In this document: positions 1-12,306 of the stretch, piece by piece
Layout of the letters: every line of letters starts with the position of its first letter
Position numbering within the stretch: position 1 is the first letter of the stretch
Program-made: the position numbers and the translations under genes
Source: Octopus vulgaris
Lineage: Eukaryota
Direction: 5' to 3'
Assembly (NCBI GenBank): GCA_951406725.2
Contig: OX597817.1
Coordinates: 38,316,001 to 38,380,000, forward strand
Length of the DNA stretch: 64,000 nt
Notes under the pieces: model-generated
What the model was told of the DNA's origin: nothing
The model's input: the letters and a program-made list of their open reading frames with translations, nothing else
Database searches by the model: none

Positions 1-4
1 TAAA

Positions 5-235
5 CAACAATTAATACGAAGTACGAGGACATGGAATAAGGACTTTTTTGCAAGCAAAGAAAGAAACAAATGGAAAACAAGACAAGCAACGCAAGGAACG
101 ACCTTTCATCAGTTGTAGGCTGTTTTTCTAGTCCGTATTTCGAGCAATTCACGTGAATTGTCTTCCTTTTGTTTCTTTCGTTGCTTGCAAAAAAGCCCTT
201 ATTCCAGGTGTTCGTACTTCGTACTAATTGTTGTA
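5..235. mobile_element. Fold-back (inverted-repeat) fragment of a short Penelope-pLTR-like repeat abutting (TA)n
   Basis: Arm ~5-78 (caattaatacgaagtacga...tttttgcaagcaaagaaagaaacaaa) is an imperfect reverse complement of ~158-233. A related sequence (gctcgaaata...ctgatgaa.gg) lies in the opposite orientation at ~22030-22200. Confidence 0.5.
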
Positions 236-323
236 TATTTTTGTGACGTCCTGTGCATATATATATACGTACATATGTATATGTATATACATAAACATGT
301 ATGTACGTATACGTATGTATATA

Positions 324-364
<41 letters not shown>

Positions 365-1198
365 TATATTATATATATATATATTATTTATATTATATAT
401 ATATATATATTATTTATATTATACATATATATATATGTACGTATGCATGTATGTATGTACATATGTGCAAGTGTATTTATGTATATAAGATTATGCGTGC
501 GTTTGTCTCACCTTTTTACGATTGGTGTTGGTTTATTTACGATCGTGTAACTCGATACTTCAATAAAAAGAAACACTGATTGAATAAGTACCAGACTTAA
601 AATAGGTAACAAGTGGATTTTGTTGATGAAATCCTTCAAGGTAGCGCCACAGTACTGTTGTAGTCTAATGACTGAACCATAGAAAAGAATAAAAGTTTAT
701 GCACATACATATAACACAAACACACACACACAGAGGAATAGAAAGGGAGAAATAAATACGGAATTATTTCATTCAATTTATGTAACAAAAAGAAGCATTA
801 CGAAGCATTTTTTTTTTCAAATTAAAACAGCCAGGTAAATTTACAAATGCACCTGCTGTTGAACCGTTTCAGTATTATGTGCAACTTCGGTGATATTGTG
901 ATATATTTTTGCTGTTCAGCAAGGGAGAAGTTTCTTAAACTTCACAAATATAATGTAATGTAATCTTCTAGCATTCTGCACTGAAGAGACACTCAGATGA
1001 ATAACTGAAGAAACTGAATGTGTGTGTATGTGTGTGTGTGTGTGTGTGTGTGTATAGACACAGACATTCATTTATATACATGTAGATATGTATATAGGTA
1101 TGGAAGGACATATACATGCATATTATATATATATATATATATATATAGAAAGGGAGAGAGAGATAGGATAAAGAGAGAGAGGGAAAGGATAGATAGAT

Positions 1199-1270
<72 letters not shown>

Positions 1271-2563
1271 TGTTTCTTTATTAGCCACACAGGGCTGCAC
1301 ACAGACGGGGCAGATTACAAAGTGGAGCTTTTCTTTTTGGGGAGAAAAAAAGTGAGGTAGATTTTCAATCAAAAGGGATCGTAAAAGGGGAAGAAAAAAA
1401 AAAGAAAAAGAAAAAGAGAAAAAAGGAAAGAAAAAAGGGAAAAAAACGATCAATAGGGATCGTGTATCACAGAAATGTCCTGATGTAAAGTGTAAAGGGA
1501 GAAGCAGATAAGGTTTATCCGTGGAAAGAAAAGCCTACGGAAAAGACCACGGTAACCTCGGTCAATAATGTTACATGTTACCTCATTTGTTTGCAAGTAG
1601 GTAACCCTCTGTTTTAAATTTTTTCGGGTTCATAAGATTATGCTCAAGGTGGCTTCGTCATTCATACGTGCCATCCTTGCTACATTCACCCATCTTTTTT
1701 TGAAACATTCGTTAAACAAAACTTGCCTCTCTACTCTCACTTCAAGAGATACTTGAAGAAGTTGATGAGAGATTGACCAGAGAGGAAAGCGTTTGTCTCC
1801 AATCCTTTTAGACGCGCCCACCAGATACATTCTTTCGCCGTAGCCACAAGAATGATAAAAATAGCTCTTGCTTCCCGTTTGAAGGAAGGAGGCGTGACAA
1901 TATTGACGATAGACTCGGCTGATAAACCGACTCGTCCCACACGTGACAGCAGTCGTTCGACATAAGCCCACAGGTCGGAAATTGTTGGACACTGCACGAG
2001 TGTGTGCAGAACGGTTTCGTCGCTCTGACCGCATCTCGGGCAGGTCGGCCTCATGTTTCTCGAGCCATGTATGTAGAGCTTATTCCGAACGGATAGCGCT
2101 TCTCGGTAGCACTGCCAGGCCAGGGATCTCTGGAAGTTGTCCATGGGCCCTGACCCGAAAGTCGTCTTGAACAGGCGGGTCAGGTATTCCTCGTCGACGT
2201 CCAGGTTCGCCCCGAGCTCGTCGTCGTACCTCCACTCCACTAATCCCCCATAGAATGCTTTGGTTGTGTTGAAGTCACTCAAGGTCGACCCGGGACGGCA
2301 TAGTTGCTTGAGAGCAACGCGACACTCGCGGTGCCATTCGCCCTTCCTCGGCTTCTTTTTGATCCACGACTGCGTGCCTCACAAACGGCGACCACACCTG
2401 TTCACCGTCGTCTACATAGAGCCTGAGATGTCGCAGTCTCAGCGCGTCTCTGCGCATCATCAACCACGGCATGCCCAGTCCTCCTTTTAACGGGTGTTGA
2501 CAGCAAATGGATCGCCTGACCATCGGGACGCATCCTTTCCACAAGAAGCGAAAGAGAATGCGT
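1271..2563 (-). mobile_element. 5'-truncated Tx1/L1-clade LINE (ORF2 C-terminus + 3' UTR), frameshifted, between (GATA)n tracts
   Basis: Minus-strand peptides [16 protein letters not shown], zinc knuckle CPRCGQSDETVLHTLVQC, C-terminal ECIWWAR..FKKRW. The 3' end is AATAAAGAAACA followed directly by (TATC)n, and (TATC)n also precedes the 5' truncation point. Confidence 0.8.
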
Positions 2564-2704
<141 letters not shown>

Positions 2705-3038
2705 CGGTGTGGGTGGGAAACGTTGTCTTCATTGACTTCAAACACTTGCGGTCGCTCAGAGCAGACTCCGACCCATCTCTCCCTCAAATCGAGTGTCAAT
2801 TGCCGATGTAACCGCTTTGCACACGCTATCCGATGCACAAAGTCTTCCACTAACTTCTCTAATACGTTCCACTTGTACAGCAAGCTCACGGATTGTATGT
2901 AACTCGCCCTATACACAAATATGATTGATAAAAACAACGTAAGCAACTGTTTTGTATATTTTTGTAAAATTTACCATTAAAAGTTTACAGAAGGTGTGAA
3001 TATACAAAATCATTGTGTAGGTTATTTCTATTAAACAT

Positions 3039-3232
3039 ACGGTAACCTCGGTCAATAATGTTACATGTTGCCTCATTTGTTTGCAAGTAGGTAACCCTCT
3101 GTTTTAAATTTTTTCGGGTTCATAAGATTATGCTCAAGGTAGCTTCGTCATTCATACGTGCCATCCTTGCTACATTCACCCATCTTTTTTTGAAACATTC
3201 GTTAAACAAAACGTGCCTCTCTACTCTCACTT
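3039..3232 (-). repeat. Isolated 194-bp second copy of an internal piece (1549-1742) of the Tx1-like LINE
   Basis: Direct repeat acggtaacctcggtcaataatg...ctactctcactt, about 3 substitutions by eye. Confidence 0.9.
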
Positions 3233-4818
3233 TCCTTATAGAGCAGCAAGCTGGCAGAATAGTTAGAACATCAGAAGAAACGCGTTGCAGCATTTCTTTG
3301 GGCTCTTTTCGAGGTCAACTTTAATCCTTTCTCAGTCATAAAATAAAATACCACTCAAGTCCTGAGATCAGCTATATCGGTTAACCGCTCCACCCTTAAA
3401 AACTGCTGGCCTTGTGCCTGAATTAAAAAAAAACGTATGTAATCATATTTGTGTATAACAAAATTATGAATAACAAGTTTTTCAAGATATTCACGCATTA
3501 ATACAGATTTCGTAAAGACTTAAATTACAAAACGAAGTGTCTAACATTTCTATAATGTTTCTACAAACACGAAATGACACTAAAAATTCGCAGCATATCC
3601 AGGCGTATTCCTTAACACATATTGTTTCAAAACCACTGGAAAGACTTTCACACGCAAGACTAAGTAAATAGATAGACAGACATAAAAAGAAAAGCCTGGT
3701 GTTCAGTAAAATCAAATCGTTGACAATCACTTTTCTTTTGTCTGTTTTAATAGTAGTTTTTTACTGGCTGAATGAAAAAGTATTGAATGCACTTCGGGTA
3801 CAACTGAGTTATTGAGGTGTTACTTGATTTGGATGTCACAGCCAACTACGAATGTCATGGACTACAATACCGTATTATTTACGAGTAAAAAAATAAGTAA
3901 ACATAAGACAAAGAACATATATAGTCACATACGGAACATATATAATCACATACTCACACACACTAGTTGCACATGAGTGAAAAAGCTAGGGTGTGGTCTG
4001 TTTGTAAATCGAAACTTTTTTTTTTTCGCCCATTATAAATCGATTTGAAATTATAAACCGATTTCCTGCTATCCAAGCATTGCTGTTTTTAGTTCACACA
4101 TTCGCTGACACGCCCATCTTCATATGGCTTCGACAAATATCTATAGAAATCTACATTAATTTATCCACTACCGCCATTCATTCCCCACCCTCATACTCGA
4201 CACACGAAACAACAAATACAAACTAACATGTACATTTGAATGTGTGCATGTACGGTTGAAAATATGTACTCATGCGTTGGCTCATTAGTTTGTTAGCCCA
4301 TGCGGTAAAGGCCATGCTGAAGCACCGTCTACTGTATTATTATCATTACTATAATTTTTTGTTATTATAATTTATTATTATCACAATTTCACTTATGATT
4401 AAAAAGTAGGCATTTTACTGCCTAGAGTCCTTTGTTAATAACAACAAAGTTAAAGTTACGTAATCAACTTAGAAAATTCTACCGATTACTTTATTACAAG
4501 ATGCAAGTTATGAATCTGTGAATCAGCCTCTGTTTGCGCGTGCGGTTGTGTGCGTGTGTGTGTGTGTGCGTGCGTGTGTGTGCATGCGCACGTGTAACTA
4601 TTGGTATATGTGTTATGTGTATATATTGAATGTATGTCTGTCCCCCTTAATATCAGGAATTTTAGTTCACCACATTAACCCTAATATACATTCCAGTGCG
4701 TCACTTATTCTATTGACCTCTTTCTATCGAAGGGCTAGTTTGCCGTTTTCTCCATTAAGTGACAGTTTACTAACACACACATACATACATATGTATGTAT
4801 ATCTGTGTGTGTATATAT

Positions 4819-4867
<49 letters not shown>

Positions 4868-5969
4868 TAAATAGATGTATCTATTAAATAGATATAAATA
4901 TATACTAAATAGATATGCATATGTCAACACTGACCACTCTGCTTCAGGTAGCGGTCACTACTTGGGAAGAGATCAACAGCTTTATAGAATTAAAATAATG
5001 TAATCCGTCAGAATAAACTAAGTTCAGAAGAAAAGTTTAAGTTTGACTGGACAGGCCCCATGTGAAATATCAGACAATATTTTTTTATCGATTTATTTTC
5101 CAACAAACACAAGAAATGTGTCTATCCACAACATTAATGTTTTGCCAAACGAATTCCTGATCTATTATAAGCTCTGTGTCCAATTTCTAACAAAATAACC
5201 TCTTGGATTATACAAAAATAGGCTGAATCTCTTCCAAAAAGTCATTTGAGTCAAGGTTTTAATTTGTCTCAGATCGTCATTGACATCGGTGGGGTTTCGC
5301 ATGGAAGATACAAAGATTGCCTACAGTTGACAAGAGCGTTTTTCCAATCATAGTCTGGAAAGAGTGTGTGATTGCACGTACTACAAGAAAGATAATTGTT
5401 CCCCCCTATCCAACAGGTTCACTCGACCGAACCTGGCAATGTATGTTAATCCATCTGATCATTCGATTGAATAACTCCACACCGAGGGAGAAGAAATATC
5501 TTTCGATTTGGCCTAACCAAATGCATCAAAGTAAAATCGGAATAGAATGTGGAATTGCTTTTCTGTGGAACTGTATGTGGAACTGTATGCATCCAAACCA
5601 TAAGTCTCAAACTAGTTTTGTCCAATGTTCGATTTCCGTTGTTATTTGAAATAAAACAAAGAAGGAATAAGTTTGGGCAAAAAAAAAGTTAAAAGAAAAA
5701 AGAAATTGTAAATATTTGTTAAAAACACAAAATAAGGGGTTTCTGATTTCTGTTTTAGACGCATGGCCGGCAATTTTAAGAAGAGGGAGTAATCTGACAT
5801 CATAGCCCCCACCCCACCCTCACCGTAATATCTAATTAGTTGACTAACACTTTACTTTATCGACCCCGTTGTAAACACGAAATAATAAATGAAAACATGA
5901 CTCTAAAATCCTACGATCTTATTGAACATCTGATCTGTAGTGTGTTGGCAATTGAAAGAAGATCTTAAT

Positions 5970-6170
5970 GTGGCGAGCTGGCAGAATCGTTAGCACGCTG
6001 GCAGAATCATTAGTGGCATTTCGTCCGTCTAAACGTTCTGAGATCAAATTCCGCCTTTCGTCTTTTGGAGGGGTCAACAAAATAAGAACCAGTTGAAGAC
6101 TGGGGGCAAGGTAATCGACTTATCCCTTCCCCCGAAATTGCTAGCATTGTGCCAGAATTTGAAATCAGTT
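5970..6170 (+). mobile_element. tRNA-headed SINE family A (Meta/MESC-like core)
   Basis: Head ggcgagctggcagaatcgttagc...gttctgagatcaaattccgcc. Other copies at ~3245-3425(+), 18080-18280(+), 27895-28117(-), 34610-34810(-), 37750-37960(-), 45105-45320(+), 51170-51330(-), 53120-53290(+). The core gtcgactttgcctttcatcctttcggggtcgataaa..agtaccag resembles the Meta/MESC SINE domain (recalled, not searched). Confidence 0.7.
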
Positions 6171-6558
6171 TATAACAGATCTTTAAGGCCAAGCTGAGTT
6201 CAGCAACTTTTAATACTTTTTTTACGTATATTCCAGAAGAATGGTTGAAATTAGAGCTCGCATTTTTTGTGAAGCTTGCAGACACAAAGAATTACAAGAT
6301 TAAGAAATACAAGATAACTATGCCAGAAGCACTGATTCTTTTTTTTTTTCTTTGTTCTTAATGAGTAAAGTAAATACTATTTTTGTTTTATCTAAATACA
6401 AAAAATAATTTGCTTTCAACAAAGATGAACATTTATGAAAATATATCAACAATTTTGCAAATTTCTTTATGGAAAAAATATAACGTGTGTATACTTCAAA
6501 TACCTTAGATAAGTTTTGGCTGATAACAGACCAGGCCATGATTAACTTAATAGTTTAT

Positions 6559-6626
<68 letters not shown>

Positions 6627-7139
6627 TCACATACACACACACACACACATCTCTATGTGTTGTTTGCATACATGTGCACGCGGCTCTATGCATGTAAATG
6701 TTTGTTTCAAAGAATACTTGAAAGTATATCAACAAATATAAATTTGAGCAGGTCATATTCTCACAGAGCGTATGTTAAAATAGGAAGAGGTGTAAATTGC
6801 TGTCTGGTTTATAAGAAATAGGAACAATATTCATATTATCCATACTTGCATGCATACATACATACACACATACATACATACATACATACATACATACATA
6901 CATACATACATACATACATACATACATACATGCATACATATATACATACATACATACATACATACATACATACATGCATACATACATACATACATACATA
7001 TATACAAGAAATATTATTGTCAAATAAGTTCATTTACACATGCAACTCACATTTGCACATTCTTACGAACCTTAAATATAGATTCTACAAGCCATCATTT
7101 TGATAAGCCACATGTACAAACAAATAAATATGAATTGCA

Positions 7140-7570
7140 AAATCCACTTGTATAAGAGTCAAATACTATTTCCACAGGCTACATGTACGAGACACTAATA
7201 TAACTTACAGAAACTACGTGCACAAGTCACAAAATATAATCTTCCTAAACCACAAATTTAACTTCCACAATCCAAAACTTAAATATAATTTCCACATTCC
7301 ATATTTAACACCCACAATTTTCCTGTGCATTTTTCAAATTTAACTTCCATATTCTCTTTATACAAACCTCGAGTATAACTCCTCAGTTTCCATGTACAGG
7401 CCACATAAAACTGCTACAAACTACATGTATAAGTCCCAGTTATAACTTCCAAAACCACATATACAAACCTCAAATATAAATTCCATAGATTACATATACG
7501 AATCCCAAGCATAACCCCGCAAACCAAATACATATATCTCAAATATAACCTGCACAGTTCACATGTAGGT
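7140..7570. repeat. Degenerate minisatellite-like array
   Basis: Recurrent atataacttcc / acaaacctcaaatataa motifs at roughly 40-bp spacing. Confidence 0.45.
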
Positions 7571-9597
7571 ATGGGTCCAGGCAAAGCTAGCAATAGACCA
7601 AAACCAGATGTGAATGAGTTCAAGTGAGAAATGTAAGTCCAATGCAAAATACTCATCAAATATTTTAATAATAGTTTTTTAAGTACATTTATATTTGGGT
7701 TACAGGTATATATGTGTGCATCTAGTGTATATGTATACGCTTATAAGAAAGAGGACAGAATAAAATATTTATTGTAAACAGTGGTAATTCTTTACCCAAG
7801 GATCTCTCCTTTACCTCAAAGCTGCAAGGAAAGGCTCCCCCAAAATCACAGGCCCTTGCTAAACAACAACAACAGCAGCAACAATGACAGCCAATCGCTA
7901 CTGTAGCTCTACAGTAAATCGCTACAGTAACTTAGTAAGAAAATGCAGGTCTTACTAAACTTGGCGGTAACCCCCTTAGCGGATCTCTGTCGCTCGACGT
8001 TGCGAATGTGGTTGTTCAATCAACTGAATAACCTGCTGCTCCCTCAATTAATATGTAAGTGGCTGAGCATTCCTCAAACACGTATACAATAAACATACCT
8101 TTCGGTTAGAATCAGCATTACGCAATGTGTGACAAGGCTGTACTTTTTTTAATCATGGGCGCAATCCATCCGACGGATTTCTATACAGTGTCTTGTCTAC
8201 CCAATTTCACTCACAAAGTACAACTCGACCCAGTACAATAGAAAATGACATTTGCCCAATATGCCAAGCAATTGGATCGAACCCGGTACTTCGTTGTTGC
8301 GAAGTGAACTTCGTAACCGTTCGGCAGTTGTGCGCCTATATGAGTATCTATTCTCACACTAACACAAACAATTGTCATGTTTGTAATTACTTTTAATTAC
8401 TCAGCTCTGAACACAACTAAAATCTATGTCCTGTTAATTCAGTTAAACTTCCTAGCTCCTTTTCTCATACCTCACGAATTGTATTACACCCTGTTCATAT
8501 AATATAAAAACCAAACCCGCTGGTAGTGCATTTACATTCATTAAACAATCTAACTCATTGAACATGCGCAGTTTTGACTACGTAAAACTCACGCAATCTA
8601 TCTCACATCTCCCACATCCTTTCTTTACTTCCCTCACATTTCTCTCACTCCTTTCTATTCTTTCTTACGTTCTCTCTCTCTCCTCTCTTTCTCTCTCTCT
8701 CTTTCTCTTTCTCTCTCTCTCTCACACACACACACATACACACACACACACATACGAGATAGCCAGTTTAATTGAGGTGTAATTAGTCTGAAAACACTAG
8801 TAATTAGTATTCGTCGAAAGGCAAAAAGAAAAAACAAAAACCAAGAAAAGGAAAACACATGACAACCACATACCGACCAATCGCCATTTTTTTCTCTACC
8901 ACTCTGTTATTCAGACACCACCAACCTACTCTTTCAAATAAGCAGACTGGTGCTAGTGTTGCTGTTTAACCCTCGGTCGACCATAATCGAGTAATCCCAT
9001 AGTCAATGACATTTTGTCCATGACCAGCCCGTCATTTTTAGGGTAGTTCTTGGACTATGTAATGTAATGTGTGCTTTCCGTAGTCAATATTATAGAACTC
9101 GATTTGAAGGAGATGTATTCGGCTGTTATTTATAGCAAATTGAGCAACCATGCAAGACCAATTCTACTGACATTCTCTGAAGATAATGTTAGTGCTACGC
9201 CATAATTTAACTGACAAAGATGAATATCTAATGATAGCAGGTAACATACCACATTAGTAAGACAATGTCTCCTACATAATCTATCAATATTAAAAATGTC
9301 TAATCAATTAAGGATTTTTCTTCTCTCTAAAATTCTTCTAAGATCAGGTGACTACAAGCTAGATTATACTTGGCTGAGAAGACATACTAAGACCGAAATT
9401 TGACTCCAGAGTAGTTACTGAATATTTTTTTAAAAATCTAATTCCCCACTACATGTCTCCCTTTAATTTTCTAACAAAGTTACATTTGGGAGTTTCCGAG
9501 TTCTCTCCCCTTGCCCTCTTGACAAGAATTATCATTAACGCTAATGATATTGTGCCTCATGACCGGTTTCATTTCAACTCTTTAATTCTTTTTTATT

Positions 9598-9885
9598 AGG
9601 CGTAGGAGTAGCTGTGTGGTAAGTAGATGGAAACTGAAAGAAGCCCGTCGTATATATTATATATATATATATATGTATGTGTGTGTATATATAACTTTGG
9701 GTGTCTGTGTTTGTCCACCCAAATTCGCTTGACAACCGATGCTGGTGTGTTTACGACCCCGTAAATTAGCGGTTCGGCAAAAGAGACCGATAGAATAAGT
9801 TCTAGAGTCGATTTGCTCGACTAAAAAGCGGTTCTCCAGCATGGCCACAGTCAAATGACTGAAACAAGTAAAAGGATAAAAGAGT
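9598..9885 (+). mobile_element. SINE family B (CORE-like head + internal microsatellite + conserved tail), internally deleted copy
   Basis: ggcgtaggagtagctgtgtggtaag...ggaaactgaaagaagcccgtcg-(TA)n-...gcggttcggcaaaagagaccgatagaataag...gtcaaatgactgaaacaagtaaaag. Fuller copies at 20903-21345(-), 28240-28645(-), 34895-35290(+). Partial copies at 39925-40150(-), 59270-59385(+), 61310-61515(+). Confidence 0.8.
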
Positions 9886-10109
9886 AACTACATTCAATGT
9901 ATTAGCGTTCACATGTGTATGCATGTATGTATGTATATATATATATATATATATATAACATAAGGGACTAAAGCCATCTGAATATGGCTAGGGACAGGGC
10001 AGGGTGGTGGGGGTGTTACTGTTGCATTTAGCCCCAGGCGAACATCGACGTCACCAGAAAGGCTCGACACCGTCACGGTGCCCTTAACCTGCAAAGGGAG
10101 GTAATTCCC

Positions 10110-10191
10110 CGATGAAGCGGAAACCACACACGGACCATGGTTTCAAGGTGTATTGCCTATCGTCGGCGTGTGGTAGGCTTCCGCTTCCTCG
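10110..10191 (-). ncRNA. Extended type I hammerhead ribozyme, copy 1
   Basis: Minus strand: cgaggaagcggaagcc-UAC-cacacg CCGACGA uagg caauaca ccuu GAA ACCAUGGU C cgugug-u-gguuuccgcuucaucg. Stem I is 6 bp + internal loop + 12 bp. Stem III is palindromic. GUC site with predicted cut between 10133 and 10132. Confidence 0.78.
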
Positions 10192-10469
10192 ACGAATTCT
10201 CACTCTGCAGGATATTCATATATAGATTTTCAAGCAAAATACATTTGCTGATTTCGAAAATCTGTTCGAAAGCAATAATAATTCTCTAAAAGAGATATAG
10301 ACAGTAACTGCTCGATAACATAAGGGACTAAAGCCATCTGAATATGGCTAGGGACAGGGCAGGGTGGTGGGGGTGTTACTGTTGCATTTAGCCCCAGGCG
10401 AACATCGACGTCACCAGAAAGGCTCGACACCGTCACGGTGCCCTTAACCTGCAAAGGGAGGTAATTCCC

Positions 10470-10551
10470 CGATGAAGCGGAAACCACACACGGACCATGG
10501 TTTCAAGGTGTATTGCCTATCGTCGGCGTGTGGTAGGCTTCCGCTTCCTCG
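10470..10551 (-). ncRNA. Extended type I hammerhead ribozyme, copy 2
   Basis: Identical to 10110-10191 shifted by 360. Predicted cut between 10493 and 10492. Confidence 0.78.
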
Positions 10552-10679
10552 ACGAATTCTCACTCTGCAGGATATTCATATATAGATTTTCAAGCAAAAT
10601 ACATTTGCTGATTTCATATATATATATATATATAGTACGTTTAAATATTTGTTGTGCAAGATTTTATATTATATATATG

Positions 10680-10916
10680 AAAAATAAGTCAAAATAGAAA
10701 ATGCTAAAATAATTTTATAAAGAACATTTCAGTACCAGTTTCAGTCATTTTGAGACCTTTTCAACTGTAACGGTTAAATAATTAAATTTAGAAAAATTAA
10801 AAGAAATGTTTTTTTTTTAAAGAAATATTTGTATAGTGTTCAAATATAAGTGGCATTTTCCTTGTTTCTGCCTTGCTCTGTCTCTCTTGTTCACACTTGT
10901 GGGTTCGAGGTCATTG

Positions 10917-10920
<4 letters not shown>
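10680..10920 (-). mobile_element. Short Penelope-pLTR-like element in (TA)n; second copy at ~40450-40685
   Basis: tagaaaatgctaaaataattttataa...gggttcgaggtc.ttgtgaa is shared by both loci. Carries a minimal HHR-like motif. Confidence 0.65.
10730..10767 (-). ncRNA. Minimal hammerhead motif with U3:A8 core variant
   Basis: Minus strand: cag UUGAAAA gguc ucaaaau gacu GAA ACUGGU A cug. Confidence 0.55.
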
Positions 10921-10973
<53 letters not shown>

Positions 10974-11365
10974 CATACGAGAGCGATGGGATGGTTCAAG
11001 TTAGACCGCCTTTATGCGGAGATCTGCTTATTGAGAGCTGCCCTGAGACTAAACAACGACAAAAATCAAATACTTCTTCCATCATACTCTACGGTTTTAA
11101 AAAATGGGAAGACAAGTTGCGTAACATCGTCCAAAACTAAATCGGTATGAAGCAAAGAAGAAAGACGAGTTGCCACGGCTGGAACGCCCTTTATCATAAA
11201 TCTATTCGATCAAAGTTGACATATGGGCTGGACTACAAGAACAGCATCATCACTTTCAACAACAACACCAAGGGGCTTTTGTGTGGTTATTCGATCTGGT
11301 AGAAATAACTACTAGATCTTCCTCAAATGACACCTGGCAACTTCAGAAAGGTACATTAGATAGTC

Positions 11366-11740
11366 CCTTCTACTATAGGCACAAAGCCTGAAATTTGACG
11401 GGAGGGGGCCATTCGATTAGATCAATTCCAGTACGCAACTGGTACTTAATTTATTGACCCCGAAAGGATGAAAGGTAAAGTCGACCCCGGCAGAATTTTA
11501 ACTCAGAACGTAGCAAAGGGGGAAATACTGCTAAGCGTTTCGCCCGGCGTGCTAGCGATTCTTTTCTACTATAGGCACAAGGCCTGAAATTTGGGGGGAG
11601 GGGGCCAGTCGATTAGATCAACCCCAGTACGCAACTGGTACTTAATTTATCGACCCCGAAAGGATGACAGGCAAAGTCGACCTCGGCGGAATTTGAACTC
11701 AGAACGTAGCGGCATCAGAAATACCGCTAAGCTCGCCGCC
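11366..11740 (-). mobile_element. Two tandem partial SINE family A copies
   Basis: ctactataggcacaa.gcctgaaattt...aactcagaacgtagc repeated with a period of ~197 bp. Confidence 0.8.
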
Positions 11741-11915
11741 TTGGTACATCAGATAATGTAATTTGTGATACGTTGTGTCTGGAAAATAAAAGTTAATTGA
11801 TCCCGACTGGAACTTTTCTGTCCCAGGTTTAATCAACCACATATGTTGAACTGATTGATCTATTCTGCTGCTTCTCAGCACAACCACCCCACCACAAACA
11901 CACACACACACACAT

Positions 11916-11984
<69 letters not shown>

Positions 11985-12260
11985 AACTCCCCACTCTTTC
12001 TTTCTCTCTATTTGCTTCGACACCGTTGTGATAAAAGACAAAGTCAGACCTGGCGGTATTTGAACTGGGAACGGGTAATGGCGAAAGTAAATACTACGAG
12101 GTAACACACACCCTTATGAAAATAAATTAATGCTAAGTATTTATTTAACTTTCATTAAAGCTAACTCTATCCACCAAGTAATTTGATATGGAAACAAACT
12201 TATTGCCCACATCTTTGTTGCGCTGTATATCCTTGGTAAAGAGGCTCTTAAACGCACACA

Positions 12261-12306
<46 letters not shown>

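Larger units (their letters stand above)
9955..10615 (-). mobile_element. 360-bp tandem repeat (1.84 units, apparently identical) with one hammerhead per unit: candidate non-LTR retrozyme
   Basis: Lines starting at 9961 and 10321 match at an offset of exactly 360. Flanked by (TA)n on both sides. No credible coding capacity. Each unit has an HHR motif. Confidence 0.8.

Noticed and set aside
5130-5650. Unique-looking segment as a coding exon (also 17600-17790)
   Set aside because: No recognisable protein motif or convincing splice-site pair, so I left it unannotated.
7140-7570. CRISPR-like repeat-spacer array
   Set aside because: The repeats are degenerate, the spacers resemble each other, the context is eukaryotic and there are no cas genes.
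9555-9590. Minus-strand GAAACCGGTC with upstream TTAAAGA
   Set aside because: The palindromic stem III is present, but the core and stems I/II are too degenerate to call.
10109-10135. Plus-strand CCGATGA-AGCG-GAAAC as a second, opposite-polarity hammerhead
   Set aside because: No stem II can form in 4 nt and there is no U16.1/NUH site. The sequence is simply the stem I arm of the minus-strand HHR.
9909-10487. Duplicated minus-strand ORF MVSASSGNYLPLQ...
   Set aside because: Non-ATG start, no recognisable domain, and it overlaps the HHR stem I. It is better explained as a by-product of the structured repeat.
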